64,000 nucleotides of DNA from Lepidodermella squamata (Eukaryota; Animalia; Gastrotricha): positions 2,790,001 through 2,854,000 of the forward strand of contig JBLDXI010000001.1 of NCBI GenBank assembly GCA_047495785.1. Direction: 5' to 3'. Made by a program: the position numbers and the translations under genes. How positions within the stretch are numbered: position 1 is the stretch's first letter; each line of letters begins with the position of its first letter. The notes below the pieces were generated by a model that saw only the letters and a list, made by a program, of their open reading frames with translations, was not told the origin of the DNA and made no database searches. Shown here piece by piece: positions 38,601 through 50,200 of the stretch.

Positions 38601-41027
38601 CTTTGTAAAATTCTCCCAGTAGTGCTTTGCTTTATTGTACTGTAGTCCAGCGGTAGTTTTGCCGTATTACACCAGACATTGTTTTTTATATCAGCTTTAT
38701 GGCTACTTATATAGAGCTTAGTGTGATTTATTAAAAATCAATATTGCCTCTTTTTATACCATACTTCTTGTATTGATTACAGCTATTTTTGAGCGGATTC
38801 CGAGTTTTTTAGTCACGTCTCTGTATTAGATGATAGCTGAAAGATAATTTTCCCCAGCATGAGAAATGCGGTTTACACCTTGCAAGAATACCGAAATACC
38901 TTCGAAACTTACGATGGACATGAGCTGGAATTTCTATTTGTCAAGGTTTCAGGCTAATTTGACTTTTTAAACCCCTGGGCCATTGACCATATCTGAATTA
39001 TCCAATTCTTAAAATATTCTATTTTGAAAATTGGCCTATAATTTTAAGATATTTATACTTTTTGACCATGTTGGATTCAAATTTTAACATGTAAAAGCCT
39101 TGTAGAAATTTTTTCAATTTATTTCGCATTGTTTTGACGTAGAAAAATCCTCTGAAAATTGGATATTTTTGCATTTATGTTCCGCTTGACATTAGAAAAA
39201 TTAAACTGCTGAATATTTATCCTATTAGTCGTGAACACTTTTGCCTTTGCTTATGTAATTTTCTGTTAGTAATCGTGTTGACCTATTTTTTACAGGTCGA
39301 TTATCAACGGAGTCAGCCGAGCGAAACCGATGAAACTGCGCCAGAAGGTCAAGGTCAAGATGATTCGGAATTGTTCACGCCACCGCCAACGAGCGACATC
39401 ATAACCAGCCCGGCGCAAAGCAGCGCCCCGCCGCCCTTACAGTCAGTCTCCAGCGCCAGCACAGTTCGAACTCCGGTTATGCGAGCAGCCGCCGGCGAAT
39501 CACCCCGTTTCCTGCAACTTCCATCCCCCGACGGCTACAGCGCAATGGGCGGCACGATGAGTGGGACAAGTAGTGGCAGTTTCGCCGCGGCTGGGCACAG
39601 CACCGCGCCTCCAGCCGCAACCAGCAACACCCGGTTACTAGCGGCGAAGCCGTTGCCAAGCCGGCTGAGCGAAAGTTCGAGCAGTCAATTCATCGATCGG
39701 TCATCCCGCGGCCAGCAACCGCTCTTAGCCAAGGTTGACAACGCCTCGCGAGCCTCGACCGCCTCGACAGCAGTCGGGTGTATAGGGTGCCACGAAGAGG
39801 GCACCTTTTGCTATCGACTCTGGTCCTCCGATGCGTGTTCGTGCTGTAACAAATCGGTGGCGAGAATGCAGCGGTGTTCGTTGGTAATAATTGCCGCCAT
39901 TTGCCTCGTTGTGATGATAGGCGTGTGCATCGGTGCGTTGATTGGCCTCGGCGTCACAGGCGGCAGCGTACCTGGACTATCGGCGCTTCTTGCTGCTAAA
40001 TTTCCGTCGCTTTCAACCACCGGCAATCGTGTTGCTGATCAAGGCCGGTCATCTTTAAATGGGTTAGTAATTCTTCAAAATAATAAAAATGATGGTATAG
40101 AGTTAGGAACTGGAAATTAGGGAAAATTGTGGAAGCTCGATTATGCGTAATTTTTCTTCTTTTTCTAAAGCGAGCATAGGTGCAAAATTTGCAAACATAA
40201 CGGAAGAAATCCGGAGAAATTGAATCTAACCAGATAAAATACCGAAAATTACCGAACAATCGTGGTTTTCGTGTTTTTTGCCGAATTTTGCCCAATTATT
40301 ATTAATTATGCTTACCTCACTGTACCCAAAGAATTTAAAGATTGAGGGGTTAATCATTTTGGGCCAAGGTTCGGAAAATTCTGTAGAAGCCAGATTTTTC
40401 CAGATTGAAGCCAGATGGTAATAAAAATTTAAAAACACCTTCAATTTCGGGGGGCGAACTTTCTAAAAAATTTAAAAAGTTTAGACAGATTCTTATGCGT
40501 AAAAACTAAATTCAAATTTTGGAACTGGACCTTTAATTTTAAAAGCGAAATTTAGTAGCCCTTAATAACCGTTGTTTAATTAATTATTATCAATTTTTAT
40601 TAAATGATTCAGGAATCCTTCCCCCGACCTCGGCAATGATTACAACAACGACGACAACAGTCTTCCCGGCGTCCAGTCTGCCTCTACCCCAAGCATTTTT
40701 TCGACAATCGACCCTAAAGACTTCGGCTATTACTCGCTGGAGACAACAACGCCACCCCCGCGCCGCACAACCAGCACCGTGTCGAAAGTGCGCAGCCGCC
40801 TGCTGGACGCCGAAGCCATTGACATGGAAACGTGCGGCGCCTCAAACATGGTCCTATGCTCGAATGGCGACTGCCGGCCTGGCGGGCGTTGCGATTTCTT
40901 CACCGACTGCGCCGATTTGAGCGACGAACAAATCGGCTGCGACTTTGGCATATCGAACAGCGGCCAAAAGCGCGACTCCTCACCCCTTTTGCTCAGCAAA
41001 AATCGCCGCCAAAATCTGTATCGCTAA
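35654..41027 (+). CDS. Uncharacterised type II single-pass membrane protein: long low-complexity N-terminus, TM helix, one C-terminal LDL-receptor class A repeat
   Basis: Phase-consistent exons 35654-36278, 37179-38236, 39296-40062 and 40613-41027; TM CSLVIIAAICLVVMIGVCIGALIGLGV; LDLa CGASNMVLCSNGDCRPGGRCDFFTDCADLSDEQIGC. The start codon is uncertain. Confidence 0.72.
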
Positions 41028-41494
41028 CAATAATAAAACATCCCCAGCCCATGAAAAAAAGCGATCGAAATATTCTCGAATGGTGCGATTTTGTAAATAA
41101 TAACAATATTATAGCTTGGAAATTATCGTTGAAGATTTTATCTGTATAATTTATTTCGGTTGAAATGGTTATTCTGACTTCAGCCTGGGAAGATCGCAGC
41201 TGAACCTTTTTTATCCTTAGTTTCGATTGCAAATTTTTTTGCGTGCCTTCTCGACATCAATGCACATATCGTGTGGGGTTTAATATCAAAATAACGCCTT
41301 CTACTTCTTCAACTTTGTTATACTTGAAAGTTTTGGAAAGTGACGATGATGAAATAAATAAAACAGAAATAATTCACTGGTTCTTTATTACCGGTATTTT
41401 AAATCACAAAAATTATGATAAAATATCTAAAAAAAACAAGGAGCACTTCATCAATTACGCTATCAAACCACAAAAGGCTAAATTAAAAAAATCA

Positions 41495-44400
41495 TTAACC
41501 ACAATTTTCTCGGCATTGATCGCAATTTGCGCACAGCTTCGCGTGGAGATCTTTGAACTTGGATACATCTATCTCCGAGTCTAGGACTGGCCGGACGAAA
41601 AACCGCTCCATTTCATCCAATTTGTTGTGCACGTCCGCTTCGTACCGGTCGTCAACTGGGTAATATTTTCATTTTCGCATGAAATTCTTTAAACTATTTT
41701 TAACTCACTGAAGTCGATATCACTCTTCGCCTTCTTTTGACGCAACTTTTCTTTAGGATCTTGGTCGTATTTTGCCGACTTAGCGGCGTTGTTTTTCGCT
41801 GATTTGATGAGAAAAACTACTGTTCGAATAGCTATTTCAATAACGCTCAATGGCGCTGGAAGATAGCATCGGTAATACACAGTTCGAACCGCAACCATGT
41901 AGTTGTACTTTGCCAATTTATCCGAATTTTTCTGAACCTCGCCAACAGTGTTTGACAGTCTTTGAAGTAACAATCGAATATCACGAAAATTTCACGCGAA
42001 AAATGACTTACGCGGCGATGAGTACATTCATCCACGCGATGTTGGTAATAAAAACGAAGATGATGTATAGAACAACCGCGACGAAATTGAACTCGGAATT
42101 GCAGCTGCCGTCGTCGTAAAAAGTTGTTGGAGGCTGCGTGAAGTAATTCGCATCGTCTTTAGACGGGCACTGGCCTTCGACAGCTGCCCGCGAGCCATCG
42201 AGACCGAATTGGACCAAGTTCCACCAACGGCTGTACACAACCTGGATGAACAGGGTCCAGAAGTCGTGGGAGGTGTCGTAGCTCCATTGTGGGATGTTGC
42301 TGATCAATTTTTCTTTGACTGCATAGCCTGAGTCGGTTATGTAAGTTTCGTTGTATCGCTCCTCGCCGTAACGCTTCGGGGCAATAAGGGCATAGATTGG
42401 GATGGAAAATGCCAGCAAAAGCATGGCGTAGACAACCAGAAAAGTTAACAGCACTCCCAACTGAAGTCGGAAAAATCTGTAAAAAATCAGGCTCGCAATG
42501 TTCTATCTTACCAGTTCCGAGAGCATGAGAACAATCAGGCCAATGGACCGTGTAATGGTGAAAATTTGCAGCGACCTCAGCCAGAAGAGTAGGCAAGTCA
42601 GGGCGTAAAATGTCCGCGGGAATATGAAGAGTTCCGGGGCTAGAGTTAGCCGCAAGACTACGGCCAGTATCAGGAAAACAGTTATGAAGAAAGGGATAAT
42701 CATGTTGTAGAAGTCAACAGTTTCCCAGTTGAAAAAATTGAACCGATCACGCACTGTTGTAGAGAAGAAAACGGATATCTTCGTTCTTAGTGGCGTGTGT
42801 TTCATCCGACTGACAACGGAAATTTCATCCGAATACGTCTGTAAAATAGGAAAATATAAAAGGGGCAGTTGTTGGGAAATTATCTCAATACCTCGTGAAC
42901 TATGTCGATTAGGAAGCATATGGACCAAGCGATCACCCATCCTTCATGCATGGTTATCCCTTTTGTATTCAATGCTCCTTTCAAGATGAACGACGAAAAC
43001 AAGAGCAGAAATGCGAACATTAGGATCTGTATAAAAACGACGGAACATCAGCGAAGATTTCAGTTTCCTTTCTTACCATTCTCCACAAGAATCTGACAAT
43101 CGGTGCGCTGACGTAGACAGCAGACAAAGCTTCCCGCACGCTGATAGTGCCATCTCGAAGGGACAACTCCCTGAAGTGGGTCTTAATCGGGGCGCGCTTC
43201 TCTTCTGAGCTCGAGCTTTTCTCATGGCGGGGAGTTTGCGATTCTGGGGCGACTCTTTTCTGACTTCTGCCATTCATGAATTCACCGTTTGATACATTGA
43301 CCACATGGTTACTGCTCACAGACTTCCTAAGATTGATCTGGCTTAAAATGATGTCTTTCTCCAGAGTTAACGAGGTGGTTTTTCCGGTAAGATCCATCGG
43401 AATGAATTTGAGGAAGTAGAGGAACGGGATAGGAAAAACTGCAGCCAACGTTATCTGATGGAGTTATATGATTGAATTCTTACCCAGGACACCAATATAT
43501 GAAAGCTTACCTTATGCGGCATTACAAAAGCTGAGATTAATCCGTACCATATGTGATGAAGTTTCGTCTGCACATTTGTGTTGGCGACGAAAAGCATGCA
43601 TCGGCCGTAGAAGGCCAGCTCAAAGACCGATCTGTTCTGCCAGGTTGTAAGATTCCGGGTGAGCAACCAAGATATTTTATGTCTGTTGTAGTTTCCGCAT
43701 TGGTCCAACAAATCGTTCGCTCGCCGTTCCCAAGCACTGAAAGTCAAATTCGCGATGTAATGTATGTGAAGGGATGTGACAACGACTTACATAGATGCAG
43801 ATTCGTAGTTTCCAGCTAGACCATGCTTGTTCTTGCGCCTTGCTACAACCGCCATGTTTTTCAGTAGAACTGAAGCAACCAAAGCAGTGCCGATAGGATT
43901 TTTGCCATTCTGCCACAAGAAGTTTGCCATTTGATCATGTCCTAATAAAATTTGAAGCAAAAACAAGTCTCGGTACTTTGTAGGCGGCGGGCTTTTTCGC
44001 TGGACCGCTGGCACTTTGGTGTCTTCTTTCATCTTGTCTGGAAATGCGTCGGTTACGAGCGTGAGGAATAGATTGGATAAATAGCATCCTATCTCGTCGG
44101 CGAAGAACTCGCCCAGACTTTCTATCTGGGCTTTCAGGGGATCTTTATAGCCGTCATCCATATAGGACTTCATCTCTTCCTCAGCAATCAGCTGCAACAG
44201 CCTCGCACTATCGTTGTTATCTTCCCTGTCGAGGACCTAATTTTCATCCGGAGATTGGAACCAGTTTAAGAACATCGCAAGTTTCCTACCTTTCTGAAGA
44301 CAGCAGCTACGTCATCTTGGTCGACGTAATCAGACTTGACAATCAGCTTGTAAGTGAACATCAGCTCGAGAAAATCCAGCTGTCCATAAGCGAAGACGTC

Positions 44401-46102
44401 CTGGAGCAAGTCTTTTATCTGCTTGTCGTGGTCAGCATGCCCCAAACGTCGGTCGTGGAGCAATGTTTTAGCTGCTCTAGAATCGTTCCATAATCGAGCT
44501 AGTTGAATCATTGCAATCGGGTCCTCTGTGTTATCCATCGCAGCCGTGAGAATAGCGTCGCGCAACAGGGCATTGTCAACCATTTTGTCAACTTTCACAA
44601 CTTTCAGCTGCAAAATTGTTCATTTCGATTTGTAAAGAAGTGAAAAAGAAATGCAAACTCACCAGTTTTGGATTATCTTTAAGCACTTCGAAGCATCGAT
44701 AGAGTTTGTTTACCAAGCTTTCCATGCCATCCTCCTCATATCTGTGTTTGCCTTCCGCTTTGAAAACTAGCCGGGACAGCTGTGCCTCCTGGCTCCGAAT
44801 GAAATCTTTCACATCCTTCTCGTCAAACTTGGTTGGTTTATCGAGAAATTTCATGTAGATATCAGCCAACAAGTCGGTCGCCCCTCCGAAACCGTATAAA
44901 ATGACCAGCGGCGTTGTACTTTTGCTCGGATTGTCAACTTCAACCTCGCTTGTTGTAACGGCTGTTTGAACGGAAGCGACGCTTGGGTTTTTACCCCGCG
45001 GCTCTGCTGGGTCCCGATCGATACCTAAGCAGTCTTCAAACGTTCTCAGCGTACCAACTCCACCACCGAGAGCTAACATAACAATAGGAACAGGAGTCCC
45101 AACTGGCGATCTCTTCTTCAGATAATCAGCGATGAAGTGAATCATAGCATGACGGAAATTTATCTCCTCGCCGTAGATATGATTTCGGCCGTTGTCGACG
45201 AGGAGAAAATAGTTATGCCCATGGTTCAGGTAGAATCCAAATTTGTGAGCGTGTGAGATGTCATAGTTAACCAAGTAGTTGTTCTGCTCCAACATTTTGC
45301 GTTTCTTCACGCAGCCCCAACTTGCGATGCCAAGGCATGGGATAGGAACTTCGAGACGGTGGTACTTTGCGACCTCATCACCAATCAAACGCATGACTCC
45401 ACTGTTGGAACCGCCGGTAATTATCCAAGCATTGGCGTCGATTGCTGCTTTCACGACGCCCTCTTGCAGGGTCTTCACAATATTGACATCAACATTGTGT
45501 ATCACATCCTCATCTTTTGCTGTACCAGTTACTTCTATTATCAGACGAGGATCAGGCATGTTCCAAAGATTTTCGTCCAGCAAAAGTTCACAAATAGCCT
45601 CTTGATATTGTTTGATCTCTGGCGTCGTATTCAATGTGCGGTTGAAGCCTTTCAATCTGACGTATTTTGACGTAGTGCCATGGACTAAGGGGTGGTCTTC
45701 ATCCATGAAAAATATCTCGCCAAACGTTGTATTTGTTGCCAAGTTGGTGTTGCTTCGCAAGGACCATAGTGGCCGCTGGCCCTTTTCGAACGGCTTACCC
45801 TGATCGTCATGAATGCTGGGTTGCTGTTGGGTATGTTCCTCCAAAGACCTCCCACAGACACAAAGTTTCTTCCTACATGAAAGGGGCGATATGCATCCGA
45901 ATTGAGCTTTCAAAGCCAATAAAGCTTACTTGACATCTTTCAATTTAGGATTTATGGCTTTGTGTTCAGCTTTGTCCCTCGCCTCATTTTCCGACCCGAT
46001 ATATGCGCAATATTTGTAGCATTTGGGGATTTTGAAGTGAGAAACTGATTTTTCTTTGTTGTAAAAGAAGTCAACAAGTTCAACTACGTTAGCATGTGGC
46101 AT
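41495..46102 (-). CDS. TRPM-like (melastatin) cation channel, divergent, with no C-terminal enzyme domain
   Basis: N-terminal CVCGRSLEEH and TFGEIFF; SLOG/MHR motifs PRLIIEVTG, AWIITGGSNSGVMRLIG, CLGIASWG, LNHGHNYFLLVDNG and VPIVMLALGGG; YRDLFL...MANFLWQ; VQTKLHHIWYG; SAPIVRF; six-TM region FWLRSLQIF...WMNVLIAA; ends ...CANCDQCRENCG*. Confidence 0.9.
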
Positions 46103-47265
46103 ATTGTTTTACAGATTCTGATACGGAATTTCTCGTATGCGAAGTGAGGTGCGTCGAGCTAGTATGTTGCCTGCCAACACTTCATTGATTGAACGTTTTT
46201 TTAGTTTCAGCTCTCTCATAATTTATTCAGCACGGCATAGTAACGGGGAATCGATCGGAAACTGTTCAAACTACCATTATCGGTTTATTGCACCGAATAA
46301 TACAAATTATAACACATATTGCGCCGGAGTTGTCTTTAAGGCATTATGCTCGTAATTAAAAAATGCGACGTGACCAACGGCTATGAATGAGTGGACCATG
46401 TATGCAGGAAAAAACACACATATATATATAAGAAAGAAGCGTAATTTCATCAAAAACAAATAAACTATATATATCCGGTACTCATTACTCAGGTTCATGT
46501 TTGTTGTTAATAGTATTACTATTTTGTTGGTGTATTGCATATATACAGGACTGCGCTTGAAAACAAATTCTAGCGCGTATAAATATAAGCGCACGCTGTC
46601 AACGCGGTTGTAGTAGTATACCGGTCCTTTTTTGGCAGGTTGATCGCGTGTGTGAAACGCAAATATAATATTATATATGCGCAAAATGCCCGGGCAAGGG
46701 GCCTCGCCATATTACATTCAACTGCTGCTACCATCAATAAAAACAAAGGCGCTCGTATGCTACTACACGTGCGCGAGGGTCCTCTATGTCATTTATTTGC
46801 GCCTAGAGGTTATTTTTTTGCCGTCAAAGAAGAGACCTTTGATTCCACATACACACACCGTTTTTATTATACGCCGAAAACAACAAATAAGTTTTTTCAT
46901 AACATTATTTACGCATATCAGTTATCTGCTTGCCGCCAATCTCCCACGCCATGTGCTGTATAGGCTCCCTGAGATGGTTTTTCACGATTTATTTACAAAT
47001 GATATTAGTGGTAATACCTTGGTAGTAAATCATGCGTGATGCGCATTTTTTAACTCGAGGCATACTTTTGTTGCTTAAGTGAGGCGTGACACGTATATCG
47101 CCCAACTACTTCTACACTCTTTGTTGGCTTATTTCCTCCAGTTTAGCTACTTCTTCTTACACAATAAAATAATAACAATGACTCACGCTGTTGAAACAAG
47201 TTGCTGTTACGAAAAGCAGTTGAAACAATAAACTTTCCGAAAAAAATTCATATAGTTCAAGCGAA

Positions 47266-50200
47266 ATGCGTGATAAACTTCTCGTTACGCTTGGCCTGTT
47301 TGCCACTGTTGCGCAAATCGTAGTCAGTCAAAACGCTTATGATAACCGGTTCGACGATGCGTTTTACGATTCGTCGGATGAAACGCCGCCGGATGCCATG
47401 TGGGAACATTTTCAAGCTGTGCCGACCCCCTTTACCCGAACTAGTCAGTTTCCTAACGATATTTTCTTCGTTGATAATGATTTTTCTCACAGCTCCCAGA
47501 GGTTCGAGCTTCACTTGTCCTAAGGACTCACTGCCATGCCCTAAATCTTATCCAAACCGGTGCATTTTAAAAGTAATTTCGCTCTTTAAATTTTTTTAAT
47601 CAGAATAAGTATTGCCTTTAATTTAAGGAATTTTTCTGTGACGGTGATGCGGATTGTCCTAATGGCGAAGATGAGGCGAATTGCGCAAGACCATCCGAGG
47701 CTGCCTGCGAATTGAAAACGCATAGGCTTTGTAGCACATTCATCACTCCGACGCGATGCATTCCGAATGAACTCTGGTGCGATGGTGATTTAGATTGCGA
47801 ATTCGGCGAGGACGAGAAAAATTGCACATTCCCATCTTCCGATTCAAAAAGTATGGAATTTGAATGGTGAATTCACGACGTGATCATTGAGATTTTACTT
47901 AGACATCGCAACCGTTTCGACTTCAAATCTGATATCTGTATCAATTTCTCTAAACAAAGCTAGAGTCGAACTTGAAGGGTCTTTCAATATCACATGCAAC
48001 GTTAGCGGTACAGGATTCACTCAGGTATTTACTGAAAGTCACATTTTCGAACTCATAAATCAACCTTTAATTTAGATTGAATGGGTTCATATCGATCATA
48101 ACCAGCACGTTTTAGCTGCTAATGCTGACCTTTACATCGATTCGCCTTATGTGAGGCTAAGTGCATCGCCCTTTCCGAAAAAGCTGCCAGCACCTGTATC
48201 CAAGTTCCTTTACACCTTGGCGTTCACGAACGCCTCTTACGAAGATGCTGGAATTTACGCATGCCGAGTCCATCAGTCCCTTAACGGAACTAATTCAACA
48301 TCGACCCAATTTGCGACCGTTCGCATGCCTGGAGCTCCCTCAGAGGTTCGGCATCATCATAACAGCGATGATTTCGAAACCAGCCCTGATGCACTGGTCC
48401 GGCCGAGAAGTAACGAAGCCTGCTGTCGGGCATACAACGTTACGCCGGCGTGCTTCACGAATCTCTGTAGAGCCACTAGCCCATCTGCCTGGAAGTTGTC
48501 CTCGATACAAAGCTGTTTACGCGAAGTAACCGCTGGGCTGAGTTGTCTTTCCGGGGGACGGTACAGCTTACCATGCTGTATTCGATCCGGAGTTTCGGCG
48601 AAGTGTCAACAGCTTTGCCAAAGTCAGCAAAACACTAAACCTCTTGACCACATGGCTCTTTCTCTCGAGTGCGTGCCTGAGTTCGACAAACTAGTCTCCT
48701 GCTACTCTGAAACCAACGCGAAAAGCGTCGACCCACCCGTGGGAGTATCCGCCAGGGCGATCGATAGCGGATCTATCGAAGTATCATGGCTCCCAGCGCC
48801 TAGCAAGGTTGGCCTTAATCACTTCCGTTACGCTGTTTACAAAGCGAAAGTCGACCCTAATGATAATAATTTACTGGACAACAATTACAGCCGGCAGAAT
48901 ACAACAGGAAGAACTTCTTACGTTGTTAGCAACGGGATGAGTCCATTAACACGATATGCCTTTTACGTGGTCGCGATCGATACGTCAACCGGTACCGTGA
49001 GTGAGCCATCAGCTATTGTCGAAGCGATAACCTACCCTTCTGCAAGTGATATTAAGGGAGACACTGACGGTGATAGAAGTATCGAAACTTGTTGCCAGGA
49101 CAACAAAGTTGACGTTGATTGTGCGACTACCTTTTGCACATTGAATTACACTGCAAACGCACTGCAGTCTGCTATCAATCATGGAATCAATTGCGACGGT
49201 CATATGAGTAAAATGTTGAGCTGCTTACCAGGTTATCGTAACCACACAGATTGCTGCCGACTACGACATGTCCCGCAAAATTGCCTCAAATTTTGCGTCG
49301 GAACCACGAGTGGCACAAGAACTGTGCCAGGAACTTCGTTGATTGACTCTGATTACGCTTGCCTTCCTTACCTGGGCATGATGGCGTCGTGTTTCGCCGA
49401 AAACCGAGGTAAATTACCGAACCCGCCTCAGTCCGTCAGTGCGGCAATTAAAATCACGCCAGCTCGATCTGCTCCCTCCTACTTCGCGCTGTTACCTTCG
49501 ATTTCGGCCGTAATCAGTTGGCAGCCTCCTGTTGCTTTACCTAAGCCTTCATCTCGGAGGAGCTCGCCGACTGATATTAAGCGTTACCGTTTGACTGTTA
49601 CTTCACCTGGGGTTTCCGGGCCATGGCTAGAGGTTTATGCGCCAGCATCTCAAACCTCTTACACATTGATGCAGCCATTTGTCAACATTCGTTTCGAGGA
49701 AATGTACATTGTTCGAGTTGCGGCTGAAAACGGTTATGGGATGAGTTTGGATGTCGCAACTGCCTTCACGACCCCTGACGCATCTTCAGCGCAGTCAGGT
49801 AGTGGGGCAAATACGGCACCTAGTATATCCAACGCGATGCGCAGCTGTTGCGCAGTGACTGGAGTTTCCGCTAGCTGCATGAATTATTGCACACCGACTA
49901 CTGTGAGGAATGTGGACTATCTCCGACCTAACGCTTTCGATCCGCAATGGGGATGCTTGCAAAATTACTGGCGGCAGTTTGCTCATTGTGCTTCATTGCA
50001 AACAGACGTGTCACCTTGCTGTTCAGTTAGTCTTCAAGAGCCATGTTTAGGTGTATGCAATGTAAGAATTTGAGTTTTGCGACTTTTTGGGTATTTGAAA
50101 CCATTTTTCAGATGACCAGCAGCTCAGATGATAATTTCAGGCCCGGCAACACTGAAAACCAAGTTTGCAGGCGCTACGTTTCCGAAATTTTCGCATGTGC

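Noticed and set aside
40236-40270. aaaataccgaaaat motif shared with 63972-64000
   Set aside because: Probably a subterminal repeat of a degraded MITE, but too short and low-complexity to define an element.
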